The notes below the pieces were generated by a model. The model was not told the origin of the DNA and searched no databases. It saw only the letters and a program-made list of their open reading frames with translations. Below, piece by piece: positions 38,750-47,553 of a stretch of 59,198 nt of DNA. Numbering within the stretch: position 1 is the first letter of the stretch; every line of letters begins with the position of its first letter. Origin of the DNA: Bdellovibrio sp. (GTDB lineage Bacteria; Bdellovibrionota; Bdellovibrionia; Bdellovibrionales; Bdellovibrionaceae); NCBI GenBank assembly GCA_046318155.1, contig JBKCUU010000113.1, forward strand, positions 1 through 59,198, in the 5' to 3' direction. A program made the position numbers and the translations under genes.

Positions 38750-40300
38750 TTAGTCGATGTAAGGCCGGGCTTGCTTGATATAAACTTGACGTGCTCCCGT
38801 GTCTTCCGAATCAACTTTGAATTCGAGATCCAAAGAAAAATCCGGCTTATCCGCACCCAGTAGGGGTTTGAAGTGAACGTGCGCCTTCATGACTTGGAGG
38901 GCGAGATCCTTAATTTCCGAATCTTTCATCACTGGATTTGGATTGTCCTGAGGAAGAACTGTCTTGTTATCGTCGGCGATGTTGGAATTCTGAAGGACCT
39001 CAATTTTATAAGCTGACACATTCAAGCGGTCATTCTCATCAACAAGAACTAAAACTTTTTGTGGTTTTACACCGGCTTCAGGATTCGCAACGCTGTGCTC
39101 GCTTCCGCGTTGAACTTCGATGTAAATGCCCGCACCCGGAAAGCGAGAATCTTTTGCCATGTTTTTCGTTACAACAACGCCATCAGCGCCCTCGTCACTA
39201 AAAGTCGGGTTCACTTGAACACCCATTTTGACTTGAGCGTGCGGAATCTGGAAGTAGTTGCGTTCGTCGTAGGCGCGCAGGTTCCAAACAGATGACCAGA
39301 CTGAGCGCAAAGCTTCTTCAGCACTCTCTCGTTTCTTGCCCATGTCTTTTTCTTTTCCGTTTTTAGTGGGCTTGTAAGACTCAGAAGAGTACAAACCAGC
39401 GCCATTAAAATTAGGAAGATCTTCCGAGTTCGTTGAACTTCGGAGCTTCATATTGCGTGGCAAGTTTTTCGAGCGGTAGGTTTCAAATTTGGCCAGCAGC
39501 TCATCAACCAACTTCTCGTTCACAACCGCGTCTTTGTTTTTCATTGCGTCTTGAAGAGCTTTGAGTTTGGCTTCGCGGTAAGACGTTTTCGCAAGTTTGT
39601 TCATCAAAGGATCGCGCAAGATCGACGCAATCATCCCCTTGATCTTGGGGTTCGTGTCGATGAATTCCTCGTAGTAGTAAAACGGAATGCCGTAGCCCGT
39701 TCGTACGATCAATCGATCAGCCGTGTTCAACACCTTGGCAAGTTCTGCGTAGTTTGCGGCTTTGGATCCGACAGTCACGTAATCTTCTGAGCCAAGTTCT
39801 GCGTGCGGACGAATCTGGGAGATCGTGACGTCAGAGCGCAACTGCACAGGTTCTGTGCGTTTTGCCTGGTAAAAAGCATTGGCCTCGGCTTCGGTAGCAG
39901 CAGTGATCGAGATCGAACCGTCAGCACCCAAAGTCATGTTGATCCAATCGCCGTCAGCGAAAGCACTTAATAGAGGATTCTGCATTCCGCCTTCGAGCAT
40001 CGATATGTCGAGATTTGGAGTTTTGCGAGCACGTGATTTTAATTGAACGTGCGAGAGCAAGTTCTGTTGCTTCATCGTGATTGCGCCTGCAACGACGGAC
40101 ATGTCCAGGGGAAGTTCCGCAAACATAGGAATCGAAAGCGGGCTTAAGGCTTTGTACTTGGGGGTTTCAGTTGTCACGTCAGTCGCCGACAAAATGATCA
40201 ACTGCCCAATCGCTTGTCCCGCGTTCATGACTTTTGCCTGAGCAACAGCCACTTGAGCAAAAACCAAAATTGCCAGAGTCGCTAAGATATTTTTCATCAT
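38750..40300 (-). CDS. Exported PEP-synthase/PPDK-type dikinase module (phospho-His motif plus ATP-grasp nucleotide-binding domain)
   Basis: Signal peptide; LLSHVQLKSR; VGSKAAN; LRSSTNSEDLPNFNGAGLY; VWSSVWN; DLEFK; KQARP. Confidence 0.8.
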   Translation of the reverse strand: MMKNILATLAILVFAQVAVAQAKVMNAGQAIGQLIILSATDVTTETPKYKALSPLSIPMFAELPLDMSVVAGAITMKQQNLLSHVQLKSRARKTPNLDISMLEGGMQNPLLSAFADGDWINMTLGADGSISITAATEAEANAFYQAKRTEPVQLRSDVTISQIRPHAELGSEDYVTVGSKAANYAELAKVLNTADRLIVRTGYGIPFYYYEEFIDTNPKIKGMIASILRDPLMNKLAKTSYREAKLKALQDAMKNKDAVVNEKLVDELLAKFETYRSKNLPRNMKLRSSTNSEDLPNFNGAGLYSSESYKPTKNGKEKDMGKKRESAEEALRSVWSSVWNLRAYDERNYFQIPHAQVKMGVQVNPTFSDEGADGVVVTKNMAKDSRFPGAGIYIEVQRGSEHSVANPEAGVKPQKVLVLVDENDRLNVSAYKIEVLQNSNIADDNKTVLPQDNPNPVMKDSEIKDLALQVMKAHVHFKPLLGADKPDFSLDLEFKVDSEDTGARQVYIKQARPYID

Positions 40301-40309
40301 GGCTCAGTC

Positions 40310-41683
40310 CTACTTTTTGACTTTCTTCCCAATGACGGAAGCCGTATTGAGAGCAGAAGATTTGATCGTGTTATCTACGAAATATTGCATTTTTGGCTCG
40401 ATCGACAACCACTGAGTGAACGACGGGTTGAAGGCCTGCGCCAGGGTATCATTGGCAATTTCGACGATATCGGGGAACAAAGCTGCGGCGGCAACTGCGT
40501 CCGGAGTTGCATCAATTTCTGACAAGAAATATGTCCAGTTGTCTTTGATCAGGAAACCTTCAACGTAAACCAAATTGATGATCGCCTTGATGACATTTTT
40601 TGAGTTGATTTGAGGCAGGCTCAAAATTTCTTTGTTCAGGTACTGATTAGCCGTGATGATCACAAGCAAAATATCTGATTTTTTGCTGGCGGGCACGTCG
40701 TTAGTTGCAACAGCTGTTCGCAATTTTGCAATCATTGTCGAAAGAGAATAGATGCTGTCTGGAGTTGGCCCTGTTTTGGCCATCATTTCAGCTAAAGCTT
40801 GAATTTCGTCGGCGCCAATTTTTTTTGCATAGTCTGCAATCTTTCTGACGTTAACCGCGTAGTACGCTCGAACGATGTCCTGAACTTCTGTGAGACCGAC
40901 ATTTCCTTGTTGGCGGTACCAAGGAAAGTCACGGAAGAAGGCGTCGATTTGATTTACGACCTCTTGTGAAAGCTGATTGTGAACAGCATTACGCAATTGA
41001 TACATGCGATTGACGACGGGCTCTGCTTCGCCATATTGAGCAAGCATTTGATCATATTCCTGAGCAATCACAACACGGGCTCGCTCGAGTGACGAGGACG
41101 CCGCGATCGGGCTGCTTTTTGCCAACAAGTACACGGGCAAGAACTGAAAGTCTTCGGTCAAAGTCGTCATGTAAAAGTTAAAAAAGTAGGGGGCGTAAGC
41201 CTGTTCGAATTCGGATCCGCCGATGCCGCGCAATTTGAAGACTTGGGCGATTCTTGAACTGGGAAAGTTGTTAACATAATGCTTTTCAAGAACCCAGTGG
41301 CGTACCATTGAAGCCGCTTTGGCTTGGGCGCGGGGAGCAACGGCCAGCAAGGCCGCGTGGTCAAGTTCATGGCTTCCGTAAATGTCATTGTAAACGTACT
41401 CGCCCATCAATTCGTAATAATTGGTCGTAAAGAGATTCGCGACATAGAAATCATACTTCGTCGCCAACTCTTGGCCCTGGTCATTACGGAAAGCGGCCTG
41501 GAATTGAAACGTGCCCGCGGGAGACCCCTCCAGAACGTTGATGCGGCTGCGTGACCCTTGAAGATAATTGACCGAAAACGGACCTTTGCGGTTCAAATCC
41601 AATTTCTTGAACGAGGCTTTGAGATCCGCATGCGCGCCGAAAGAAACCAAAACACCAACAAAGAGTCCAATTAATAATTTCAT
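40310..41683 (-). CDS. Exported alpha-helical hypothetical protein
   Basis: Signal peptide (AHA/D); start overlaps the upstream stop; 9 bp from the dikinase start. Confidence 0.75.
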   Translation of the reverse strand: MKLLIGLFVGVLVSFGAHADLKASFKKLDLNRKGPFSVNYLQGSRSRINVLEGSPAGTFQFQAAFRNDQGQELATKYDFYVANLFTTNYYELMGEYVYNDIYGSHELDHAALLAVAPRAQAKAASMVRHWVLEKHYVNNFPSSRIAQVFKLRGIGGSEFEQAYAPYFFNFYMTTLTEDFQFLPVYLLAKSSPIAASSSLERARVVIAQEYDQMLAQYGEAEPVVNRMYQLRNAVHNQLSQEVVNQIDAFFRDFPWYRQQGNVGLTEVQDIVRAYYAVNVRKIADYAKKIGADEIQALAEMMAKTGPTPDSIYSLSTMIAKLRTAVATNDVPASKKSDILLVIITANQYLNKEILSLPQINSKNVIKAIINLVYVEGFLIKDNWTYFLSEIDATPDAVAAAALFPDIVEIANDTLAQAFNPSFTQWLSIEPKMQYFVDNTIKSSALNTASVIGKKVKK

Positions 41684-43473
41684 CGGATGAGTCCTCGTGC
41701 TTCTTGGTCAAAAGCCGCTTCGCCGCATTGTTGTTTGTCGGAAGTGGGCGCGCAGCCTTTGATTCGCCCCATCAGGCGAACAACACGTTTGTTCGAGTCG
41801 TTCATTTCACCAACGGCGTAAAACTGCACTTTGTCTTTCTCATAAGCTTGTTCATACAAGGGGTAGTCGCCTTGCAGTTTAGGACGAGCCGTTACGTTTT
41901 TGCGTTTTAAATCCAAATACGAGGGAAATGAGATGCGGGGATTTTCAAACACGTACGCACCGTTGTTTTCAACCCGAAAGACGTTACGAGCGCCGTACAA
42001 GTTGGTATAGAAATCCAACTTGCGGCCTTCGTTGACTTCGAATCCCGTGCCTTCGCGGCGGGCCAGTCCATCAGCACCCTGTAAGCCGTAAGAGATCAAG
42101 TATTGAACTCCCATGACTTCAAGTTGACCGTCACCATTGATGTCGTACACGTCGAAATCTTGCGACTGATTTCCGTAGAACATGATTTTTGTGACTTTGT
42201 CATTTTCAACGGGGAAGATGTGACGCATTTCCCATAAGTGACCTAGGGGGATTCGCAAGCAGCCGTGCGAAACTCCGCCACGTTTAACAGCCCATAGAGT
42301 GTTGTGACCGGGATTGATTCCAATCAACGCTTTCAAAGCTTTGCTCGGATCCCAGAACCGAACCGCGGGATTGTGGAAACCATTTCCGATGGCCTCGAAA
42401 TCCATTTTTGGAGCCCAGCCGTAGTAGGGTTCGTTGCGGATGTTATCAGCGTCGTGTTTTCCAGGGCGTGACAAGAACTGCCAGAGGCCGGGCGTGTAGA
42501 ACTGATTGATGGTGTTGCCAAATTCGTCTGTTGTGGAAGCCTCAGCCGAACCAGTCGGGTAGATTGTCGTGAACTCAGGATAGGTTAACGAGCAAGAAGC
42601 GACTGAGCAACGAACTGCTGATTCAAACTGACCTTGAGCATTCAAGATTTGAATTTGGTATTTTGTACCAGTCAATGATTTGAACAACTCGTAAGCTGCA
42701 GAAAGAAAAACGTCATCTGGAGCGTTGGTTAAGGCTGCCGTTAATGCTGTGTTTAGTTGAGTCATCACTTGTGCAGAGGGTTTGTCTGCATAGTTGATGC
42801 GGCCAAAAACAAGACCGTTGATCGCAGTCACTACAGCAGGAGCAGAAGTCATCACTCTCGAGGAGTCTCCACCCGTGAGCCTTTGCATTTCAGATTTCCA
42901 GTTTTTGAAATCATTTGTCAGGTTCAACTTTAAATGGAAGACGCGGCCAGGATTTAAAGCTGCTAAGACTTCGAGACTCTTCTTGTAGATCGCCTCTTTG
43001 CTTTCGCGGCCTTGATTTGCGCGGTCAACAAATCCGAGAATATCGTAAGTTGGAGATTCTAAGATTTGGTTGAAGTAAGAAAGTTGGGGAAGTGATTTTG
43101 CCTTTGCAGGATTGATGCTGAGCTGTGCGTTTGAACCCGTTGTGACTTTTTTGTAAAACGAATATCGTTTCGCGAGGTCGAACAGATAATCACTCACGGT
43201 CTGTTGATCTAAAATGACTGAGACGCGAGTTTGGTTTCCGCGAGACGTTCGCACGTGAATGCGTTCGGGAAACTGACTTCGCATGACGAAGCCGGTGTAG
43301 AAAGTCTGATAATAGCCATTGATCGCTTGAGCTCCGGGAGACCAACTGACGCCCCACTGAGGCAGCAATTTATTGTAGTCTTCGACTGTCGATATTCGCG
43401 TGTTTTCTGCGACCGACGCCGACGAGCAGATCAACAGGGCGAGGGCTAAACTCAGTGCACGAGTCAAGTTCAT
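41680..43473 (-). CDS. Exported protein with L,D-transpeptidase (YkuD)-like catalytic motif
   Basis: Signal peptide MNLTRALSLALALL; GNGFH...SHGCLR; DINGDG Ca-binding-like loop. Confidence 0.65.
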   Translation of the reverse strand: MNLTRALSLALALLICSSASVAENTRISTVEDYNKLLPQWGVSWSPGAQAINGYYQTFYTGFVMRSQFPERIHVRTSRGNQTRVSVILDQQTVSDYLFDLAKRYSFYKKVTTGSNAQLSINPAKAKSLPQLSYFNQILESPTYDILGFVDRANQGRESKEAIYKKSLEVLAALNPGRVFHLKLNLTNDFKNWKSEMQRLTGGDSSRVMTSAPAVVTAINGLVFGRINYADKPSAQVMTQLNTALTAALTNAPDDVFLSAAYELFKSLTGTKYQIQILNAQGQFESAVRCSVASCSLTYPEFTTIYPTGSAEASTTDEFGNTINQFYTPGLWQFLSRPGKHDADNIRNEPYYGWAPKMDFEAIGNGFHNPAVRFWDPSKALKALIGINPGHNTLWAVKRGGVSHGCLRIPLGHLWEMRHIFPVENDKVTKIMFYGNQSQDFDVYDINGDGQLEVMGVQYLISYGLQGADGLARREGTGFEVNEGRKLDFYTNLYGARNVFRVENNGAYVFENPRISFPSYLDLKRKNVTARPKLQGDYPLYEQAYEKDKVQFYAVGEMNDSNKRVVRLMGRIKGCAPTSDKQQCGEAAFDQEARGLIR

Positions 43474-43637
43474 GGAAGGCCTTTCAGGACAAGAGAGGTT
43501 CATTGATTTGGGAGTCCGAGAGGCAATTAGCGTCTGCACCGCAGCATGTAAACAAGATTTTTGTGTCGCATTAAGTGCTTGTAAGGACTTCACTATCCAA
43601 GAATGTTAGGGTCAAGAGGCTTCAGAAGTCTTAACTC

Positions 43638-43653
43638 AAAAAAAGGGGGGGGG
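43638..43653. repeat. A7-G9 homopolymer tract
   Basis: AAAAAAAGGGGGGGGG, intergenic. Confidence 0.85.
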
Positions 43654-43817
43654 CCTCACAGCGGAGGTCTAAACGTGGCGTCTTGGAGGTGATTGTCGGT
43701 CCCTTCATTTTTTCAGCCAACCCAGCGCCTTGCGTTGAGTTTGAGCATCCTAAAATTGAAGCGAGCTCGCCTCTGCGACATGTCCTTTATAAATTTTCAA
43801 ATCGATCTTAGAAGCTC

Positions 43818-45425
43818 TTAGAAGGGCCTAAGAAGGTTGCCTCGCTGAAACAAAGGTCGGCGGCAAAGACCCGTTTCGGTCGGACGCTGGAAGACCTCAA
43901 CAGCACCAGGGTTGATAGGGTCAAATCGATTCGCAGCAAAGTATCCGTTTTCTCTCACAAGAAGGCGGTCATCGTCGTTTACTTTTTTTAAGCCCGCGAT
44001 GAGCCAGGGATCAAAGGCCGTCATGACCTTCCATCCGTCCGTCGTTGAAACGATGGCGGCACCGAGAGCCAGGAGGCGAGTTGCCGCTTCGGGTGCTCGT
44101 GGCCACTGGCCTTGCTCATAGCAACGGCCTGAGGCCGGGCCAAAACCAAGAGTGGATTGAGAGACGTTGCCGCGGTCCCAGTTAAAGGGGAGCGACAGCA
44201 GATCGAGAACTTGTTGGCGGTTCAAGGTGTAACCGCGGCTTGAATTGTAAGCGACAGTCAGTGCTACCGAGGCCGCCGTGATGGCCGCCGAATTTGAAGT
44301 TCCGCGAAACTCATTGTCTTTGTCGAGTTGAATGGAAGAAACAGCCCAGAGATCGGGACGTCCAAGTCGAACCGAACGACTCGTACGTTCAGAATCAATT
44401 GCGCCAACTGAGATGACGTTGGGATTGTCTCCTGGGTTGAGCAAGCTTTCCTTAAAATCGACGGAATCAACTTTTAGAAAATCACCATCAGCCGTGAGTC
44501 TAAGCATCTCAGAGTTGCCGGTGAAATTTTTTGAAGCATTTTTGACACGAACAAAATAAGAGCCAGGCTTAACTTCGGTAGCAACGACTTCACGCGGATA
44601 CTTTGAATATCCCGGGCGGGATTCATTTCGGTCATCACTTTGCTTGAGAGTGCTTGTCTGGATGATATTCAAAAAATCATCGGTGAGCGCAAGATCAAGA
44701 TCGCGGTTTGTGCCGACTTCGGAGTCGTCCTTAAAGTCGTTCCAGCTGAGAACAACTTTGACAGGGCACTTTTTTCCCTTAGGAGCTTCACAAATGATTT
44801 TCCAAGCATTGTTTTGGTCGGGAAGCTTAACCCAATCTTCGTTGATTGTCTTGATAGAGCTGTTCCAAGTTCGAAATCCAAAGTTGCCCGAAGCATTGAC
44901 CCAAACAATTCCGGCGTTTGTTGCACGGTTCACTTCTTGATTGATGAACCCGCGCCCATCAAAGTTACCGCCAAACTCCCAAACCTCAGAGTAAAGTACC
45001 ACGTGCGGGGGATCTTGGATCAAGGCATTGATGGCCTGCTTAAAATTACTGAAGCCATAGACTTGGTAAAGCCGAAGATCGACCTGGTCTTTGTGTCCTA
45101 CCGCGCCGAGCATCTCTGACACGATTTGGGCCATACGCAAACCGTGGTTGGACGTCAGGTTTGTGGGGACGGGAACTGCACCATCAATAAAGCGTGTTGT
45201 TGGGGGAAGGGTTTTGCCGATCTCGGCTTGCAGACCTGTCCATGCTTTATCCAGGATCGCGATCTTGATTTTTTGACCTTTAGGTATGGCCGCGAGGGCT
45301 TTGTCGATCCGATAGGTCTGACGGATCGAACTGATATTCTTGAAAACAGAAGGAGCCGCGAGTGCCGAGTGAGAAAATGAGAATGCGAAAAATGTTGCCA
45401 AGAACAGAGTGAAAAATTTACCCAT
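43818..45425 (-). CDS. Exported S8 (subtilisin-like) serine peptidase
   Basis: Signal peptide; triad AILDK, NHGLRMA, GTSNSA; oxyanion ASGN; GGGAGG RBS. Confidence 0.85.
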   Translation of the reverse strand: MGKFFTLFLATFFAFSFSHSALAAPSVFKNISSIRQTYRIDKALAAIPKGQKIKIAILDKAWTGLQAEIGKTLPPTTRFIDGAVPVPTNLTSNHGLRMAQIVSEMLGAVGHKDQVDLRLYQVYGFSNFKQAINALIQDPPHVVLYSEVWEFGGNFDGRGFINQEVNRATNAGIVWVNASGNFGFRTWNSSIKTINEDWVKLPDQNNAWKIICEAPKGKKCPVKVVLSWNDFKDDSEVGTNRDLDLALTDDFLNIIQTSTLKQSDDRNESRPGYSKYPREVVATEVKPGSYFVRVKNASKNFTGNSEMLRLTADGDFLKVDSVDFKESLLNPGDNPNVISVGAIDSERTSRSVRLGRPDLWAVSSIQLDKDNEFRGTSNSAAITAASVALTVAYNSSRGYTLNRQQVLDLLSLPFNWDRGNVSQSTLGFGPASGRCYEQGQWPRAPEAATRLLALGAAIVSTTDGWKVMTAFDPWLIAGLKKVNDDDRLLVRENGYFAANRFDPINPGAVEVFQRPTETGLCRRPLFQRGNLLRPF

Positions 45426-45445
45426 CGAAGACCTCCCGAAATGAA

Positions 45446-45475
45446 AACAGCCGACCATTTGGTTGGTCGGCTGTT
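45446..45475 (-). terminator. Hairpin between the Tyr-rich gene and the S8 gene
   Basis: AACAGCCGACCA / TGGTCGGCTGTT 12-bp stem; followed by TTCATTT on the minus strand. Confidence 0.6.
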
Positions 45476-45527
45476 CGCGAATTCTTATCTTGAGCTCGGG
45501 CGGGGTTATAACTCCACCGCGTGTCGA

Positions 45528-45920
45528 TTACCAGCGGTAGTACGAGTAGTAGTAGTAGCTGTAGTAATTATACGAGTAGTAGTAAGTCTGGTAGTAATTG
45601 TAGCCGTACCAGTTGAGGTAATAGGGTTGGTTGTAACCGCAGTACCAGTACCAGCTTGAGCTCCCCGACTCGTTGTCGAGTTCAGTTCGAACGTTATCCG
45701 CAGAAGCTTTTTTAAAAGCGCCAGAAACAGCTAAAATTTGAGCTTCCTTTTTGTTGGCAGGAACTTGCTCAGATTTCATCACAGAAACTGATTGGTCGCG
45801 AGCATCAACGCGGACAACAACTGTTCCAGTCAAACCTTGGTTCGAAACGTCTTGGTCCAATTCACCTGCAACTGCAAATGACGAAACCAAAAGGGCTGCC
45901 GTCAGTAAAAGACTTTTCAT
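45528..45920 (-). CDS. Small secreted protein with tyrosine-rich C-terminal tail
   Basis: AAGGAG RBS, signal peptide MKSLLLTAALLVSSFAVA, 21 Tyr in the last 41 residues. Confidence 0.8.
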   Translation of the reverse strand: MKSLLLTAALLVSSFAVAGELDQDVSNQGLTGTVVVRVDARDQSVSVMKSEQVPANKKEAQILAVSGAFKKASADNVRTELDNESGSSSWYWYCGYNQPYYLNWYGYNYYQTYYYSYNYYSYYYYSYYRW

Positions 45921-46051
45921 GTGGTCTCCTTTGTTCATCCAGTTTCGGATGAGTTTGTTCGTTCAATTGCTAAGGGAGGTACTGAAGGTGCCTCAATTTT
46001 GTCGAGTTAATTTTTTCTGATTGTAAGACTGAGCATTAACGCAAAGCACAA

Positions 46052-46723
46052 TTAGGCTGATGTGTGAGTTTTTCCTAAGCTTTGCCGACGTTTTTCAAGC
46101 AGATGCAAAGCGAGGTGCGCCCCCAGGTAGCCGGTCAAGCATCCCACTAAAACATCAGAAAAGAAGTGTTGAGTGGTGTAAACACGGGTCATAGCCAAGT
46201 TAAAGGCGATGACATAAATCCCGACCGCATAGCGCGGAAAAGCCAGGGCCAAATTCACGGCTGCAACCAGCAAAACTTGTGAGTGCCCAGAAGGCATGGA
46301 ATGAAAATGTGAATTGGTGGTAAAAGAGTAAAACATGTGGGGCTCAAAGGTCTCAGTCACATGAGGCCGCTGCCGGCCGATGGCCCATTTTAAAATGTGC
46401 AGGATCACCCCACTCAGCAGCAGCGAGGTCACCAAATTCAGGCTAAAGATTCGCAAGCGTGCATAGGTTTGAAGCGCTTGGAGCGGGTCTTTGGCGTATT
46501 TGAGAAAAAGGTTTTTTGAACCCAACCACGCAGAGAGAAAAGTCACCAGGGCAAGCCCAAACCAGATTTGACCTTCGCCGAGATCTGTCAGGTGCCGAGC
46601 AATGCGCCGAAATCGATACAAGTGGTCTGGCATAAAAAACGCAGTCATTGACTGATCCAAAAACTGAATCGACAAGGCAGCAAGCACAAGGGTAGTAAGA
46701 GAGATCGTCACGTAGCGCACCAC
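46052..46723 (-). CDS. PAP2 family membrane phosphatase
   Basis: KWAIGRQRP, PSGH, TRVYTTQHFFSD. Confidence 0.88.
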   Translation of the reverse strand: MVRYVTISLTTLVLAALSIQFLDQSMTAFFMPDHLYRFRRIARHLTDLGEGQIWFGLALVTFLSAWLGSKNLFLKYAKDPLQALQTYARLRIFSLNLVTSLLLSGVILHILKWAIGRQRPHVTETFEPHMFYSFTTNSHFHSMPSGHSQVLLVAAVNLALAFPRYAVGIYVIAFNLAMTRVYTTQHFFSDVLVGCLTGYLGAHLALHLLEKRRQSLGKTHTSA

Positions 46724-46819
46724 AAAACTTTACCACTTTTCAAAAAGAATCCCAAGAACGATCATCGAGCCCAGGCTTCACAATTTTCATTTTGAATCGA
46801 TGCAAGAGAAAGGTCTCGT

Positions 46820-47458
46820 ATGAATGTGGCGATCGCAGGAGCGACGGGACTCGTTGGGAGCGAGTGTCTGAATTTGCTGCAAAGCGAAGCCGAGGTCAAA
46901 AACATCGAAGTTTTCGCTCGGCGAGCGTTACAGTTGCCCGGAAAGGCCAAATTCAAAGAAACAGACTTTATCAATTTTCAAAAAGGCGAAGCACTCGATG
47001 CCGGTCTTTGCGCTTTAGGAACGACCATTCGAAAAGCAGGATCAGAAGATCAGTTTTACAAAGTGGATCATGATTTCATTCTAAATTTTGCTCGGCATTG
47101 TCTGGCCCGAGGCGCGCAAAAATTTATTGTTGTGTCCGCCCTTGGCGCGGATCCACAATCTCGATTTTTTTACAGTCGGGTTAAGGGCAAAACAGAAAGA
47201 GATTTAAGGCAATTGAATTTTAAAAGTCTAGTGATTCTTCGTCCCAGCTTATTGCTGGGTGATCGGCAAGAACATCGACCCGTTGAGCAGATCGCAAGTT
47301 TTGTTGCGCCTCTTTTGAGCCCGCTGATGATCGGGCCCCTGCGAGCAGGCCGTCCAATTCAAGGTTGGAGGGTCGCCAAGCAGGCTACTGAGTCACTCTT
47401 TAGGGCAACGGCAAAAAATGAAATCATCTTGAATGCACAGATGTTGGAGCGCTCCTGA
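46820..47458 (+). CDS. NAD(P)H-binding atypical SDR (YraR/TIP30-like)
   Basis: GATGLVG, CALGTT, YSRVKG, RPSLLLG. Confidence 0.88.
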   Translation: MNVAIAGATGLVGSECLNLLQSEAEVKNIEVFARRALQLPGKAKFKETDFINFQKGEALDAGLCALGTTIRKAGSEDQFYKVDHDFILNFARHCLARGAQKFIVVSALGADPQSRFFYSRVKGKTERDLRQLNFKSLVILRPSLLLGDRQEHRPVEQIASFVAPLLSPLMIGPLRAGRPIQGWRVAKQATESLFRATAKNEIILNAQMLERS

Positions 47459-47553
47459 TCAACAAAATTGAACTTCGAGTTCCGCCGAGGACAACTTCAA
47501 TCGATGGCAAAACTTTTTAGACAGAACCTCTGGGGGTATGTTAAGATTCTGGA

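Noticed and set aside
38750..40300. Metabolic PEP synthase (ppsA) or PPDK
   Set aside because: Has a signal peptide, reversed domain order and no C-terminal PEP-binding barrel
45535..45660. Repetitive GTAGTA-rich DNA as a CRISPR array or microsatellite, and the Val-rich + strand ORF 45441-45659
   Set aside because: Explained by TAC codons of the Tyr-rich minus-strand gene; no repeat-spacer structure and no cas genes
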